Shown here: positions 49,471-62,110 of the stretch, piece by piece
How the letters are laid out: the number at the start of each line of letters is the position of its first letter
How positions within the stretch are numbered: the stretch's first letter is position 1
DNA from: Hemiscyllium ocellatum
Taxonomy: Eukaryota
Length of the DNA: 64,000 bases
Assembly: GCF_020745735.1 (NCBI RefSeq)
Contig: NC_083409.1
Location: 12,647,259 to 12,711,258 of the forward strand
Direction of reading: 5' to 3'
Position numbers and translations under genes: made by a program
The notes under the pieces: model-generated
Told to the model about the DNA's origin: nothing
The model's database searches: none
What the model saw: the letters and a program-made list of their open reading frames with translations, nothing else

Positions 49471-50298
49471 GGAATTCAAAATGGAACGGCTCAGTGTCAG
49501 AGAGAACAGCCCAGTGAGGCTTGGAGCTCCTCTCAGAGTCAAATCTAACACCAAGACTGTCCAGACTGGCTTCACCTACTGTTGTAATGGAGACTGGATT
49601 CAAAGCAATTACTTTAATCTACAGTTGGAGGAAATCCCTGCTCATCTGTGATTACGGAAAACAAAAATGTAGTGGATGTGTGTGTCCTGCTGGTGCAGCA
49701 TTATTGTTCACACCGAGTTACCTTTGAGTAGGTGGCAGTGGGCTGTCTTGAACCACTGCAGTGTGTGAGCTGTAGGTAGATCCGCAGTGCCCTTGGGTGG
49801 AGTTCCTGGATTTTGAACCAGTGATAGTGAAGGAGTGTCAGTATATTTCTAAGTTAGGATGGTGAGTGGCTTGAAGAGGAATTTGCAGGTAGTAGTTTTC
49901 CCATATATCTGACTTTGTTCTTTTAGATGGAAGGTTTTATTTTTGAAGCAGCTGTTCAATAACTGTCATAGTTGAGGAGGGAATAAAGGTTAAATTCATT
50001 GGCTACAAACACATCCATAGAATTGGGACTAAATGAGACCAGCCCCTGAGCTGCCAGCTGGATACCAGAGGAGAGGTGTTTTAGGAGGATTGTGTGGTAG
50101 ATGGAGATGTGTGTAGATTGAGATGGAGAAAAATACAATTTACTTCGGTCATCGTGTTGGATATGACTTGGATAAGAGTCATTTAAAAATTGTGGCAAAT
50201 TACGAACTTGATTGTAAGGATTTACATATCGAATTTGGGAAAGATGAGCACAGATTTGAGGCAACAACATATGTTATATGAAAATTAGCAGGCACTGA

Positions 50299-51961
50299 TG
50301 TTAAAGTACAGATTTGAGATGGCCCAGGGAATCCCTTGTGACCTCAGACCTGTAAGCCTCTCTTGGTTTGTCCTGGCGATCGTACTGAGTCTGGCATAGC
50401 CTGGAATAAAACCATCTTACAGACAGTTTAGTTTAATTTTAGTCTTCCCCTTTATTTACCAATAACATCACTGTTACAACATAACACTGGTACTTATTAG
50501 CTAAACTAGTTAAGGTTCTAAACCTGAGGAGAGTAGTGACCAGCTCTCTCCTGTCACAAACAGGGTTCCTTGATACAAAATTTTACAAAAACACTGCATT
50601 TGATTAGATTTAAACACTTCATTAGACAGACAACATTGGAAAGGCAATTATTCATAAGGAAGAGAAGTTAATTGACAGGTCTGTGTGCGCCTAATTGATC
50701 ACTCCTACAGCCCGTAGCCATCCATCAGGTGGGAAAAACAGATTCAGCCGAGTCAGGCACCTGTTGGTGAGACAAGTCCTTTCTATAAGGAGGCACCAGT
50801 CAAAACTAAGTGGGAGAGGTCATAAGGTAACCTCGCATGTCAGGTCTCATGTTTCACAAAATGGCTTCTTAGCTAGGGAAGGCAAACTTTGACTGTTAAA
50901 AACTGGCTTCCTCATAGATTGTGTCAGAATCTCTTCAATGTTGGGTTAGAATAATTTTTAAACTAGGAGCAGACTCTTGCTTTTTATCTTAAGAAAACAA
51001 TCATTCTGAACCTGAGGCTGAATTGTTTCTGTAAGGTTGTATTTCAAATGATTCATTTGTCTCGAATTAGACATATTTTTCTTTTCAGGGTTCTGATTCA
51101 AATTCAAAGAGGATATCAATCTGGCTTGTTAGAATTGACAGTGGGGCAGTCATGGTCTGTAAGAACAGTAAGTAAGTTAAAGCTTTGTCAGCATTACCTT
51201 TTACAGAATTTGCATTTTGTACGATGGTTTCTCAAAATAATCATAAAGTCCCAAAATACAATTAAGTTCAAAACAAGGGTTATAGAGATAACACCGGAAT
51301 AGGATACTGATTGTGGATAATCAGCCATGGCCATAATAAATGGTGGTGCCAGCTCGAATGGCCGAATGGCCTACTCCTGCACCTGTTTTCCATATTGAAT
51401 CCACAACAGGTAAGCGTGCATTCAAACCAAACCACAGTTAATTTTCTATTTGCTTTGGCAATCTCAGCGTTATAATGTTGTTGTTCTCTCATTCTCTCTC
51501 TCTCTAGTGTCTTTTTGAACACCCAGGTTAGGGACTGTAACAGAATAATGTTTTTCCCTTTCTGTCTACCGAGCCTGCAAGGGTAATAAGAATCCAGTAT
51601 AATTGCTATGACCTGACCATTAATTACAAGGCTTTTGACATGCTTGCAGGATGATACCAAGTCAGAGATCAGAATTAAACACTGTCATTAATTTCACAAG
51701 TGAACACACGTGAATGTTATCACTCTGTGTCCTGTTTACACAGATTCATTCCTGTTAAGGCACATGTTCTTAATTACTTTGGAGCATCCTGTTACCACTT
51801 GGTGAGAACAGGTGTTTTTATCTTCTGCACATCCTGGGTTCCCCCTTTTGTGGCCTGGTGCCTCCCTGGCTTTCCTGTTTATTTTCTACGGTGCAACAAA
51901 TATGTTTTATAATTCAACATTAACATTTAGTCGAAATGTTTTAAGGCTATAAATTTTCTCA
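50299..51961 (-). repeat. ERV 3' LTR (1663 bp)
   Basis: Starts TG immediately after the PPT, ends CA at 50299; AATAAA on - at 50456-50451; contains a LINE 3'-tail fragment at ~51318-51400. Confidence 0.85.
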
Positions 51962-51973
51962 TTCCCTCCTTTT
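51962..51973 (-). other. Polypurine tract
   Basis: AAAAGGAGGGAA on - directly abutting the TG of the 3' LTR. Confidence 0.85.
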
Positions 51974-52000
51974 GTCATTTCATGACAACTACATAGCTCA

Positions 52001-54600
52001 TTATACAAATATAATGAGTCCATTTAGTCTTTGTATTCTCAATAATTTGTGCTTCCTCTTGCGAGTCATTGTCCGGAGGATCAGAGCGGAAAGATACTGG
52101 ATTTCATTGGAGTCGTTCAGACGTGGAGCTACAGGGGTAGGCAAGGGTCGATTAACAAGATTGCTTTTTGCCTTAGCCAAAGAGGAATGTATGGTCCATT
52201 CCATGCACAAGTGGACAACACTGTATATTCCTCGGATGAGACTGAGGACTATCAGTACGTTCCACGTGATCCATCCACACAGCGACCAAAGCCAGCAAGG
52301 AACACTCCATCCATATGGATCGGACAATGGTTGGGCAGGTATCTTCCCTGCACCTTGACCCGTTTTGTTGATAACATCTATGTTGTCCAAAATGTCTTTA
52401 GAGAAATCATTGATGTAGATGCAACATTGCGGGCCAATAACAGAACAAGCACCTCCTCCTTTAGCAAGGAGGAAATGTAGCACTAGCCAATTCTGAAGTG
52501 TTACCATCCAGGTCTCCTGTACCTCTTTGTTCACCAGCTTCAAAGCGTGGGCAGTTGAGTTGGCAAGTTTTCCGATGTCGTACGCAAGGTCAGTTGTCTG
52601 ATCTCGGGCCTTCTCAACATCCCAGCCAGGAGTAAGGCCTCCCAGCAATTTGCATCACCAGGTTTATTGATGGAAAGTTGTGTAAGTCCTGTTTGTATTT
52701 CCTTATTTCCTCTACATTTTGTTCCATACTGCTTCACATGTTGGTAGGCGTTCATTCATCACCTACCTCAGGTACTTCATGGTGGAGGGTAACAAATGGT
52801 AAATTTTGTACTAGGGCACAACATTGGTACCAGTCATTGGGTAGATATGGGTAGCCTTTGTTTTCACATCGCCAATGAAGGCTAAAAGGAGTTCCAAAGG
52901 CGCACTTCTGTGAGTGAATGACGAGTCCACTCAGGGCGAGAGCTGACTCTTGTAAACAGCGGGTGCTATCAAACGTTTGGATGTCCAAGTGTATTAATGA
53001 ATGAAGAGCAGGAGTATCACCAGTGTCTTTGATAACATTCTTACACAGTGCTGGCTTCACATTCCCCATGTCGTGAGTGGCAGAAGTTCTTTCAACGCAC
53101 CATTCTAGTGCACTTCACACAGCGACGTGCTTCTTCTACCGAATGGGTTTTGCCAGCATAAGTGAGGGGTTGCATAAGTGTGAGAGTCCTATTTGTACAC
53201 TGGACATCAGAATGATGGAAGAGTGAGCAAATAACACACGGATCAAGGGTTTAGCTTGAATCAAGAAACCATTGGTAACAGATGGGAGATTGGGAGTACA
53301 TAGTATTTTTGATCTTTCTTCAGCTTTCCAGCATGTCTTCTGAATTACAGTAGCTATTGAATACAGGAACTGTATACAGAGGAACCTCGATTATCCAAGT
53401 GAGATGGGCCGGCACTATTTCATTCAGATAATTGATTGATTATTTGGTTAATTGATTTCCTCTGGGTCTGTGAAGTCTGATCCCCGATCAGGAGACTCAG
53501 CAAAAGCACATTGCTTGCGAGAACCTGTCTGCCCCCAATCCCGCCACCCTCAACCCTGCCCACACCCCCACCCCAAACCCAAACCCATCGTCTGTCCAAT
53601 CCCAGCCCGCCCCCCTCACCCGGTCCCACCCCCATCCATCCCCACCTACCATCCGAACCCCCGACTGCGTGCTCACCCCCCCCTCCCCCACCCCCCACTG
53701 TGGGGCAGCCGGACTGTACACCAATAGTAAGACTGCTGCTGCCTTTGTGGGATAAGTCTCCAAATAGCGCGCGCAACATTTTGACAGGTTCTGCCTCTGC
53801 CCTGTACAGGGCAACGTTGGAGTGATAATCTGGGGATGGGGGGTGGGGTTGGCATTCACCCAATGTGTAGAAGTCCAGGGAGATTGTTGGGGGAGGGAGA
53901 GAAAAGGCAGGAGGTCAGCCATTTGGAGATGGTGCCTGGACTGTTCAGGACTGTCCTCGGCAGCATTTCAGTGAGCTGAGTTTGCTTTTGCTCATTTGTA
54001 CCTGTAAACAGAAGACGTGATCAGGATTGAAATTGCTCTTTGATGTAATGTTTCTATCGGGACCTTAAGATCACCTTCGGATAATCCGATATTTGGATTA
54101 ACGAGGAACCTATGTAAAGGTATTTCTGTCACTGGTGGTAGGTCAGATAGGAGAAGATGCCATTGAGAAGGCATAGGTTGTCTGTCTCATGGTGAAAGGT
54201 GCCTGAGGGTTTGGTGATTTTGGTGTTATGTGCTCAATACTGCAATCCGTACGGTTCGTTTTGAGGGGAACAGACAAACATTTCAAAGTAACAGTTTTCG
54301 GTTGATGGAGTGGCTGAGGTTATGGAATTGTGCCATCTCATGATGGCTGGCTTGGAAGTGTTGCGAGGATAATGACAAGGTCGAGAGTGATATTTGGATA
54401 CAAAATGTGAGCAGTTTAACTGAGTTTTTCAGCTGGGCAGCTGCATTCATAACTTCCAATGTATTAGTACAGGTTTCATATATACAGTACCTTGGAGTTT
54501 TAGCCAGTCTAAGATAACATAGGTCGGTTACATCTGGACATATGTACTTGGGTTGGGTTTTCATCGGATACCTGTATCAGTGCTAACACAGGACTGTGAG
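52001..54600 (-). pseudogene. env: ERV env remnant (gamma-type TM), interrupted by a DNA transposon
   Basis: SU end WRCENKGYPYLPNDWYQCCALVQ; immunosuppressive-domain-like TLQNWLVLHFLLAKGGG; CX6CC (CSVIGPQCC); hydrophobic anchor WLWSLCGWITWNVLIVLSLI. Confidence 0.9.
53377..54114. mobile_element. Non-autonomous Tc1/mariner-pogo (Tigger-like) element inside env
   Basis: TA dinucleotides at 53375-76 and 54115-16; TIR CAGAGGAACCTCGATTATCC vs reverse-complemented right end CATAGGTTCCTCGTTAATCC (15/20 identical). Confidence 0.7.
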
Positions 54601-54619
54601 GGGGATACAAGCTTGCAAT

Positions 54620-56610
54620 GTCCTTTGTTGACCCATGTTGAACATCCTTCTACCTTTACTGCAGTTTCAGTTGTCAGAAAAGCTTGATAAGGCCCAGTTT
54701 TTGATGATTAAAGTCTTTCAATCATACGTAGTCACCAGGGTTGATATTTTTAAACATTGGAGCTCGCTCTTCATCCTTCCCTGGTACTTGATAGGCTACT
54801 TTGACCAGTTGATGATACGACTGCAATGCTTTGGTCAACTTAATCAGGTACATGTGCATTTCTTCTGCCATGATATGCCCATCAACAGGGTGTTGGGGAC
54901 TTAATGGTGCGGACCAGGGAGTCCTCAGGAGCTTTCCATATATCAGTTCAGCCGCTGAGAATCCCGTCTTTTTCTATGTCATGGTTTCCTCATATTAAAC
55001 AGAGCTTTTGGGAATACTTGAAGCCAATTATGACCAGTTTCTTTCACCAACTTGCTGAGCTGACCTTTTTAACTTACAATTGGCTCTTTCTACAATTCCC
55101 GCTGCTTGGAGATGGTTGGCACAATGGAATTTCTGACTTGTATTCAAACTCTTACATTGTGGGTTGGTTAGCTCCGCACAGAAGTGGGAGCCATTATCAG
55201 AAAAGACCGTTAATGGTATTCCAAATCTGGGTATGATTTCCCTTAACAGAATTTTACAAGTAGTTGTTGCTGTGCAGTCAGTGCAGGGATAAACTCCAAT
55301 CCATTTATTAAATACATTGATTATCACTCAGCAATACTTATAACAATGGCATCTTGGTGACTGTCTAAAATTTCACTGGATCGTGTCAAAAGGTGCACTT
55401 GGCAAGGGAATTTCACCTGGGGGACACTTCACTCCTTTCCTGAGATTAATGTTTTGACAAATTTGGCAATTTGAAGCTGTTTGTTTTGATTTTTCTTGCA
55501 GGTGGGGATTCCACCAAGTTTGGAGAATTCTGTCCACCATTCCCCCCTCAATTCCATGTGCATGTGTTTGAACATGATCAACTAGAATAGGCAGAAGTGA
55601 ATCGGGCAGACATGTCTATTCTACCAGCGTAACCCAAAGCTTATTGCAGCTATTTACATAACAACCATGGTTCATCCATTTTTGTTTTCATTAATCAGTG
55701 GTGTCCCCCTGTTGGATCCAAAGTTCTTCTAGGTCCGGCAGGGTCGGGGTGTGAGAAGAGGAAATCGGAGAGTCTCCCTTTGGTTTCTGATTCGTCATTT
55801 GAGTAACCAGGTCTTTTTGCTCAAAAGCTGTTTTCTCAGCAGCTGTGTCAGCGGCATTGGTGCTTTTAGTGACATCGGCAGCATCAGAGGAGTGAGCCGA
55901 ACATTTGACAATTGCCGATTGAAAGGGAAGTTGATTAGCACTGAGGAGATTAGCAACATAGGCAGCATTGAGGCTCGGGGTTCCTGATGAGATAAGGAAG
56001 CTGTGCTGCTGCCAAAGTTCCTCATGGGCACATCCAAAGGGAATCAGTATCGATATGAGCTGACTTTCCTTCAGCAAGTATGCAGGCACGGGTGAGAGCA
56101 AGGAGTTCATCTTGCTGGGCGGGGCAGGGTGGATCGACGGGATAATCTTCTGTTGGATGGGACAAAGTGACAATCGTGTATCCTGACATGTGTTTGCCTT
56201 CTGGAGATAAAGAAGAAGAACCATCGAATGGAGCGTGGTTAATGTTACAGCAGTATTTAAAGGGGAGAAGTGGATTCTAAAGTAATGAAATCACATAGCA
56301 ACTTAGATGAGCCACAGTTCGGTGTTGAGTATGTTTAGAAGTAAGTAAGGATACCACGGAATGCGAGATACAGACTTCTACATTTTGATGTAAAGTTATA
56401 TTAGAGGCAGCCAATACCATAGGATGGATGGTGGGGAGAATCTGGGTGCAAGAAGGCATACCCTGTGCAACAGGGTCAAGCTTAGTGGAGTGATAGGCAG
56501 CAGGGCACCAAGAGGAGCCATGTTGCTGGGTAAGAACCGCTATAGCACAGGTGTCAAGGATGGAAAAGGGTTTTGTGCAATAAAAGGGCAAACCTGCTGA
56601 GGTCCCTGGG
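54620..56610 (-). pseudogene. pol: ERV pol remnant: RT connection, RNase H, integrase
   Basis: GLPFYCTKPF..AIAVLTQQHG..AAYHSTKLDPVAQGMP (connection); ELWQQHSFLISSGTP..IVKCSAH..NAADTAA (RNase H); LLREIIPRFGIPLTVFSDNGSHF..GIVERAN (integrase D..E). Confidence 0.9.
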
Positions 56611-56669
56611 GAGGGTGACCAAGAGGTTGCCAGCTGCTTCCACTCCGGCGATCAACCGGGGGCTGCTTT

Positions 56670-57770
56670 GGGAAAGGGCAGTTCTTGGACCAATGTCCAG
56701 GTTGATTACGGTTGACACAAATGTGTGATTGTTGGGGGACACGAGGGGCTGGGGGAGGTAGTGAAGACTAGTGAGAGGATGTATAAGGGGTAAGGGGCAC
56801 CGTGGACTGTTGGGGAGGATACAGAGGAGGACCCCAAGATCCATTGGGATGTTGTGAATCCACGGTACCAGTAAAATGCCACAGACGGTAAATACTAATT
56901 AGGAGTCAGCGTTGGAATTGCCAGCCTGTACATTGATCTAATCCTGCTCATCGAAATTTTAAATTGTATTCTGGTTGTTTTAAAGTCGAACTGAAATACT
57001 TCTCTTGGAAAAACTAACAAGGTTTCGGTTCTTTCAGCAAGGCATCATATCCTTTCACCATCTGGTTAAAGAGTACAAGCTGGTTTTAAAAGCAGCAGTT
57101 AGATTTGATCAAAATCAGTGGCCTTAAGTTCCCTTATCAGTGCAATTGTAGCACTCCTAACACACAGGGACAAATGATTCATTGGGGAAAGGCATGGCCC
57201 TTAGCACGTTCATCCTCAGAGTGGGGAGGGGAGTTCAGGCGATGTTTTGTTTTATGCAGTGTGTTCGCCTTGGCCGTACTGTGGGTGTGTTTTGAGGGGG
57301 AACCCGGAGGAAGTCGGCTGACAGGACGGGAGGCGTAAAATATTTCCTCCTCTGTATCAGTGTCCCATTCCTTATCCGCGGATGGATCAGGATTCTTTAG
57401 TAATGGGTCTTTGGGAGAGGTGGGGTATAAGGAACTGTCTTTGTCGTCAGTCTGGTCCTGCGCGGCTACAGCTGCAGTCTGTTGTTTATTCACCGGGTTT
57501 CCCTTTTCTTTGGGGCCCCTGACATTTCAGCGTAGGTTCTGAATCTTTACTTTGTTTTATTTTCTCCATCGCCAATTCCAAATCATGTGCTTCACATTTG
57601 CATTTTAGTTCTGTCCAATCTAGTTCAGATCCTTCCTCAGTTAATGGACTAATTCCCCTCGTAATACAGTTTTGTCTCCATGATGATTGCATGGCTTTTT
57701 CCCATTTTTCCCTATCTACCTTTTCCCACGCTGATATGGCTTCTTTCTGTTTACTTCCCTTTTTTCCCAA
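56670..57770 (-). pseudogene. gag: ERV gag remnant (matrix, partial capsid, zinc knuckle)
   Basis: MGKKGSK N-myristoylation-type start at 57770; degenerate CCHC knuckle C-V-N-R-N-Q-P-G-H-W-S-K-N-C at 56719-56678 (second Cys replaced by Arg). Confidence 0.75.
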
Positions 57771-58059
57771 ATCCCTTGTTCACTTTTAATGTGCACCCAT
57801 ATTTATCCTATTTATTTTAAATCTTCACAGAACTGCTGATCTACAGGGGCTCCAACCCCACAAAACACAGGGGCCTCTAACCCCACAAGATTCTGTTTTT
57901 AGTACGTATTTAAACAATCTCATTTTGGGTTCTGTCCGGGTACCATGAGAATGAAATGGGGGAAGCAGCACACAAAGAAGCAGGCCAAGAGCAATTGAGA
58001 CCGACCCTTGGGTGAAGCTCCTCTTTTCCGGTTTCATTCAAACACATCCCCTTGTTGGA

Positions 58060-58077
58060 ACCCTGCTCGCAGCGTCA
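58060..58077 (-). other. Primer-binding site, tRNA-Ser-like
   Basis: TGACGCTGCGAGCAGGGT, 3 nt inside the 5' LTR; resembles the complement of vertebrate tRNA-Ser 3' ends as I recall them (...ACCCTGCTCGC(T/A)GCGCCA) with 1-2 mismatches. Confidence 0.65.
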
Positions 58078-58080
58078 AAT

Positions 58081-58716
58081 TGATAAAGTACAGATTTGAG
58101 ATTGCCCAGGGAATCCCTTGTGAACTCAACCTGTAAGCCCCTTGGTTCATCCCGGAGATCGTACTTTTGGAAGTCTGGAATAAAACATTAACCTCTTCCA
58201 GTTTAATTTTAGTCATCCCCTTAATTTACTAATAGCATCACTGTTCCAACATAACACTGACACCTATAAGCCAGGTTGACTGGATTCTAAAAACCCAGGA
58301 GAGTAGGATATCGCTCTTCCTTCAAGAGCCCTGGCAGGTTACTCTGTTGTACTACCACAGACAGGCTACCGTTATACGAATGTTTACATACGCTGTACTG
58401 TCAAGAATAGGCTTTCTTTGGACAAAAAGTTAACAAAAGCACTGCTTGTTCTAAATGAGGCAGATAACAGTGAAGGACAATAATTTGGGAGAGAAGTTAA
58501 TTGATACCAAGTTATTAATTTCACAAAGGGTCAGCTGTGAATGTTATCACTTGGTGTCCTCTTCATGCAGATTCTCTGATGCTCAGGAAAATGTTCTTAA
58601 TTGCCTTACCCTCCAGCGCCTCTATTTTCTGGTGGACAGTAAATGTGTTCTATAATTCAACATTACATTTTAGTCTAAAAGTTTCAGGACAAGTTTTAAG
58701 GCTATAGACTTTCTCA
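58081..58716 (-). repeat. ERV 5' LTR (636 bp)
   Basis: TG...CA termini on -. Shares sequence with ~50299-50670 and ~51685-51961. Followed after 3 nt by the PBS. Confidence 0.85.
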
Positions 58717-59382
58717 AACAAAACTTGAGAGAGCTTGCCCAAGTCTGGTAAGGAGGACCGATTGGCAAACTTGAATAAAGACAAGAATGAAGAACACATT
58801 AATGGACTGATGTGTTCAGAGAGAAGGCATCCAAGGCAGCACTGGAGACAGACACCAAAATTAACGCTGATGTGTCTGTGTGTTCTTCCAGTACACAAAG
58901 GGAGGACTTTTCACTAAGTATCCACAAGAACTCCAACTCCTCTGTTGGGTTTACTGAACAGGGAAAAGCACCAACTCGAGACTCAATTTAAAGTACCATT
59001 CCTCGAGCCTCAATCTGAGGAATTTCATGAGGAGCACATGGACATTAAAGGAGAGGAACCCAAGGACAATCGTGAGGATAGTGAAGACTTTAACGGAGAT
59101 GATCTGAAGAGCAGTGATTCAAAGGCCAATTCTTTGGTTGATATGATACTCTCTTCCTTTGTCAAGGATGCAATTGAACAATTGCAAGAAATCACAAAGT
59201 CTGTAGCTGAAAAGGTTTGGCTCACTAATCAATGATTCCAGTTCAAATTGGATATTGAATCCTGGCCCAGGTCACCTTCCAAGGATCTAGAGGAGGAACA
59301 CAAGACTGATATCCCATTGGACACATTTGAAAGTGATGATGATAAGGAGGAAGTATTATCTTCAGATCTTTGTCCTCGACCT
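58717..59382 (+). pseudogene. CEP350: CEP350-like pseudo-exon A
   Basis: TPLLGLLNREKHQLETQFK..SLVDMILSSFVKDAIEQLQEITK..LTNQ*..DDDKEEVLSSDLCPRP|GTAAGT recalls human CEP350 TPLLDLLTREKNQLEAQLK..FVKDTVNQLQQIKK..EKEEISSPDMCPRP (from memory). In-frame TGA at 59233 and upstream frameshifts. Confidence 0.85.
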
Positions 59383-60366
59383 GTAAGTACCATGTTTTAA
59401 CATACTTATAGGATTATCATTATTTCCCAGACAATATGTCAAAATACAACTCCACTTTTTTCAGCAACCTGTTGCAGGTCATCATTTTTAGAAATTATCC
59501 TGAGTGTTCCCCTTTCCCAAGGACCCTTTACCAAAAGACTATTGTGAGGAATATCTTGATAAATTGTGAAATAAATTTGTGGGTGATAAAATCAAGCAGT
59601 GGGGAATATTCTTAAAATTTCTGGTGTCTCGGTGTTCTACTTTGCCCATCAATTCTCGAAGTATGTGTGAGTAGCCTGATTATTTCTCAAGGGATTTAGT
59701 GACCATTTCCACTGTGTAATTATAGAGTTCAGAACTGAAAGATTGCTATTGAAATTCAAACCCTTTTCCTCCTGCACTTTTCTGACCTTCGGTTCAAGGA
59801 AGGCAGTGTTTTTAAAGAGGATCTTTGAAACTAAGTTTTGAATCATGCTTTTCAATCTCTGGCTTTTTTAGTGCACACACTGTTTTTCTAGCGTAGTGTT
59901 CTGAAGCAAAGTCTAGAGACTGAATGACCATCTGATTAGAAGAACAGAAGTGTTTATGGTTTGCACATATTAACATTCATTTGGACTAGTAGCATTTTTC
60001 ATGAAAGTGTTTGACAGGTTCTCATACTGTCCATTTCTTTCTGAGCATTCAGTGTAGGAAATCACAAAGAGGAGATTGGGTCACTTTGATTTGACACAGC
60101 AACATCCTGACTAAACTGACACATGCTCTTCTGATTTGTCAATATTTGTGTTTACCTATAAAATGAATTCCATCCTGTGTCTAAGTCATCAGACATACTC
60201 TGAGATATAAAAAGAAGGTTCTCGTTTGTTTGTCTGCTGTTTTTATGCTTTGATTTCAAAGTTTATTAAAACCATGTATTGTTCATTAATGTTTTGAAAT
60301 GAATTTCATCACTTTTGTTTCTGACCTTCAGTTTATAGATTGACCAACAGTTTGTGTACTTTGCAA

Positions 60367-60748
60367 AAAGGCGGCCTGATGTTTGGCTCACATGGGCAGG
60401 AAGAAGTGGCCAAACACCTGGCAGAGTTGGAATTGAGTCGTGAGATGCTCGATGACCTGGTAGATGACCAAGATTGATTTGATGAGGACTTTGGGCTGCG
60501 CTTTAGCAAAGTGCAGCAGCCAGTGCAGGAGGCCCAGTCTATGAAGGATATGCCTCTCAAAATCCAAAGGGAACCTCATTTTGCTGTACATCATGATGCT
60601 TTAGAGGTTGAGATGATGGTTCATGCAGCGGCTGAGGAAGTTGCAGGATCTTGGCCACGATCCAGGAAATCTACAAATACTCCCAGACTATCTTGAGAAT
60701 AATAAATGGAAAGATGTAGAGAGTGTGAGCAAAAGAGTTTCTTGTGAA
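60367..60748 (+). pseudogene. CEP350: CEP350-like pseudo-exon B
   Basis: FGSHGQEEVAKHLAELELSREMLDDLVDDQD*FDEDFGL..VHAAAEEV / DLGHD..DVESVSKRV|GTGAG. TGA at 60475 where a Trp is expected, one frameshift, and the acceptor is unclear or mutated. Confidence 0.88.
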
Positions 60749-62110
60749 GTGAGATCCAGCTTTTGCATTTGAACACAAACTTATTTTTTCTCAGATAAAC
60801 AAGAAAGCTATGGGTTAATAGTGCTCCACAGCAGCTCTGATTGATGATATGTATAACAGCATGTTAAAAGACATTCTGATGACTGCATTGAATTCAATTT
60901 ACCATTTGCCCCTTCTCTAAAAGTCCAAACCACTTTCTCCTCCACTGTTTGTACTCTCCCATTATTAATTTAGCATCATCATCATCATCCTGTTCTTCAT
61001 TAAATCCCATCTGTCACAACTTTGCCCACTCTGAGAATCTATATTTTCTGTTTCTATTTACATAATATATGGTGTCTCTTCCAGTCACTCATTTTTTTTT
61101 AATTCTTCTGTATCATCTCTGTTTTTCCATTGGTTGATAATACACTATATAGTTATTAATCATCTTCTTAAAACTCTCCAGAATCTTATCTTCCACAGGT
61201 CACTCCATAATTTTCAGATGAAGAAAGCCTTAAAGGTTGCACTTTTCAGTCTGAATTTGTGCTGTGTTGAGGTTCCCAAAATTGACCAAAATATTCTAAG
61301 ATCTTATGCAACTTAATGTGGCTTAAATTGTTTGTGTGCAGTTGGAAGAGCCAGGTTTCTTTTAATGGCCATATCTATCACTTTAAATGGCCTGTATGTT
61401 TGAATACTTTGTGGCATTTTTCTCTGATCTGATTAGGATCTTACAATTTCAGGTGTAATTCCTTTTCTTATCCACTCAATGTATTACTTCATCTCACTCT
61501 TAACTTCAGGAACTGAAGTTAAGATGAACTCATCTGTTAAACTGAGAATGATTTGACCTTCCTGAAATGCTGGGTCCGCTGTATGAATCCACGTCAGCCC
61601 CAATGTTTATGGTGAGACTTCCCACAGCGCTGATCTAGAGTTGTCTGCCTACAGTTTATTATAAAGGTGGAACATTTTTGGAATTTGACTGAGCAGAAGC
61701 CTCTTAGAAGATGCTGTTGGCAAAGTGCTGAACCATGTAATGCAATGAATCGTTAGGTGAATAATTAATCATTTCTCAGTCTACGTCTGAGGCAAAGTAA
61801 AATGTCAAACCTTCTCGGAGTGTTGCATATTCCCTTTAAGTTGTTTTGAATATGCTTTTGGATCTCACTGATTTTGTTCACTTCAATTATCATTACATTT
61901 TCAAGCATTCCGTAGATTTTTGTTCAATAGAACATGCTTTGAGTTTCATCCAATTTTACATCATTCAGAATGGGGGAAAGAGTCCAAAGGCTCAAGTGTC
62001 AAAGGCTTCACTGAGCAGTTTTGGGCAAGGGTAATGGATTGTGGGTTGTTTTGTCTGTGTATTTAGGGTGTGTGCAACAACTGCCATTTCTCCTGGGCTT
62101 CTATCCACAG

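Larger units (their letters stand above)
50299..58716 (-). mobile_element. Defective class I (gamma/epsilon-like) endogenous retrovirus
   Basis: 5' LTR, PBS, gag, RT-connection/RNase H, integrase, env, PPT and 3' LTR all in retroviral order on -; many stops and frameshifts. Confidence 0.93.

Noticed and set aside
53420-53922. Several overlapping Gly- or Pro-rich ORFs
   Set aside because: They come from the G/C-skewed interior of the Tigger-like insertion; no domain motifs.
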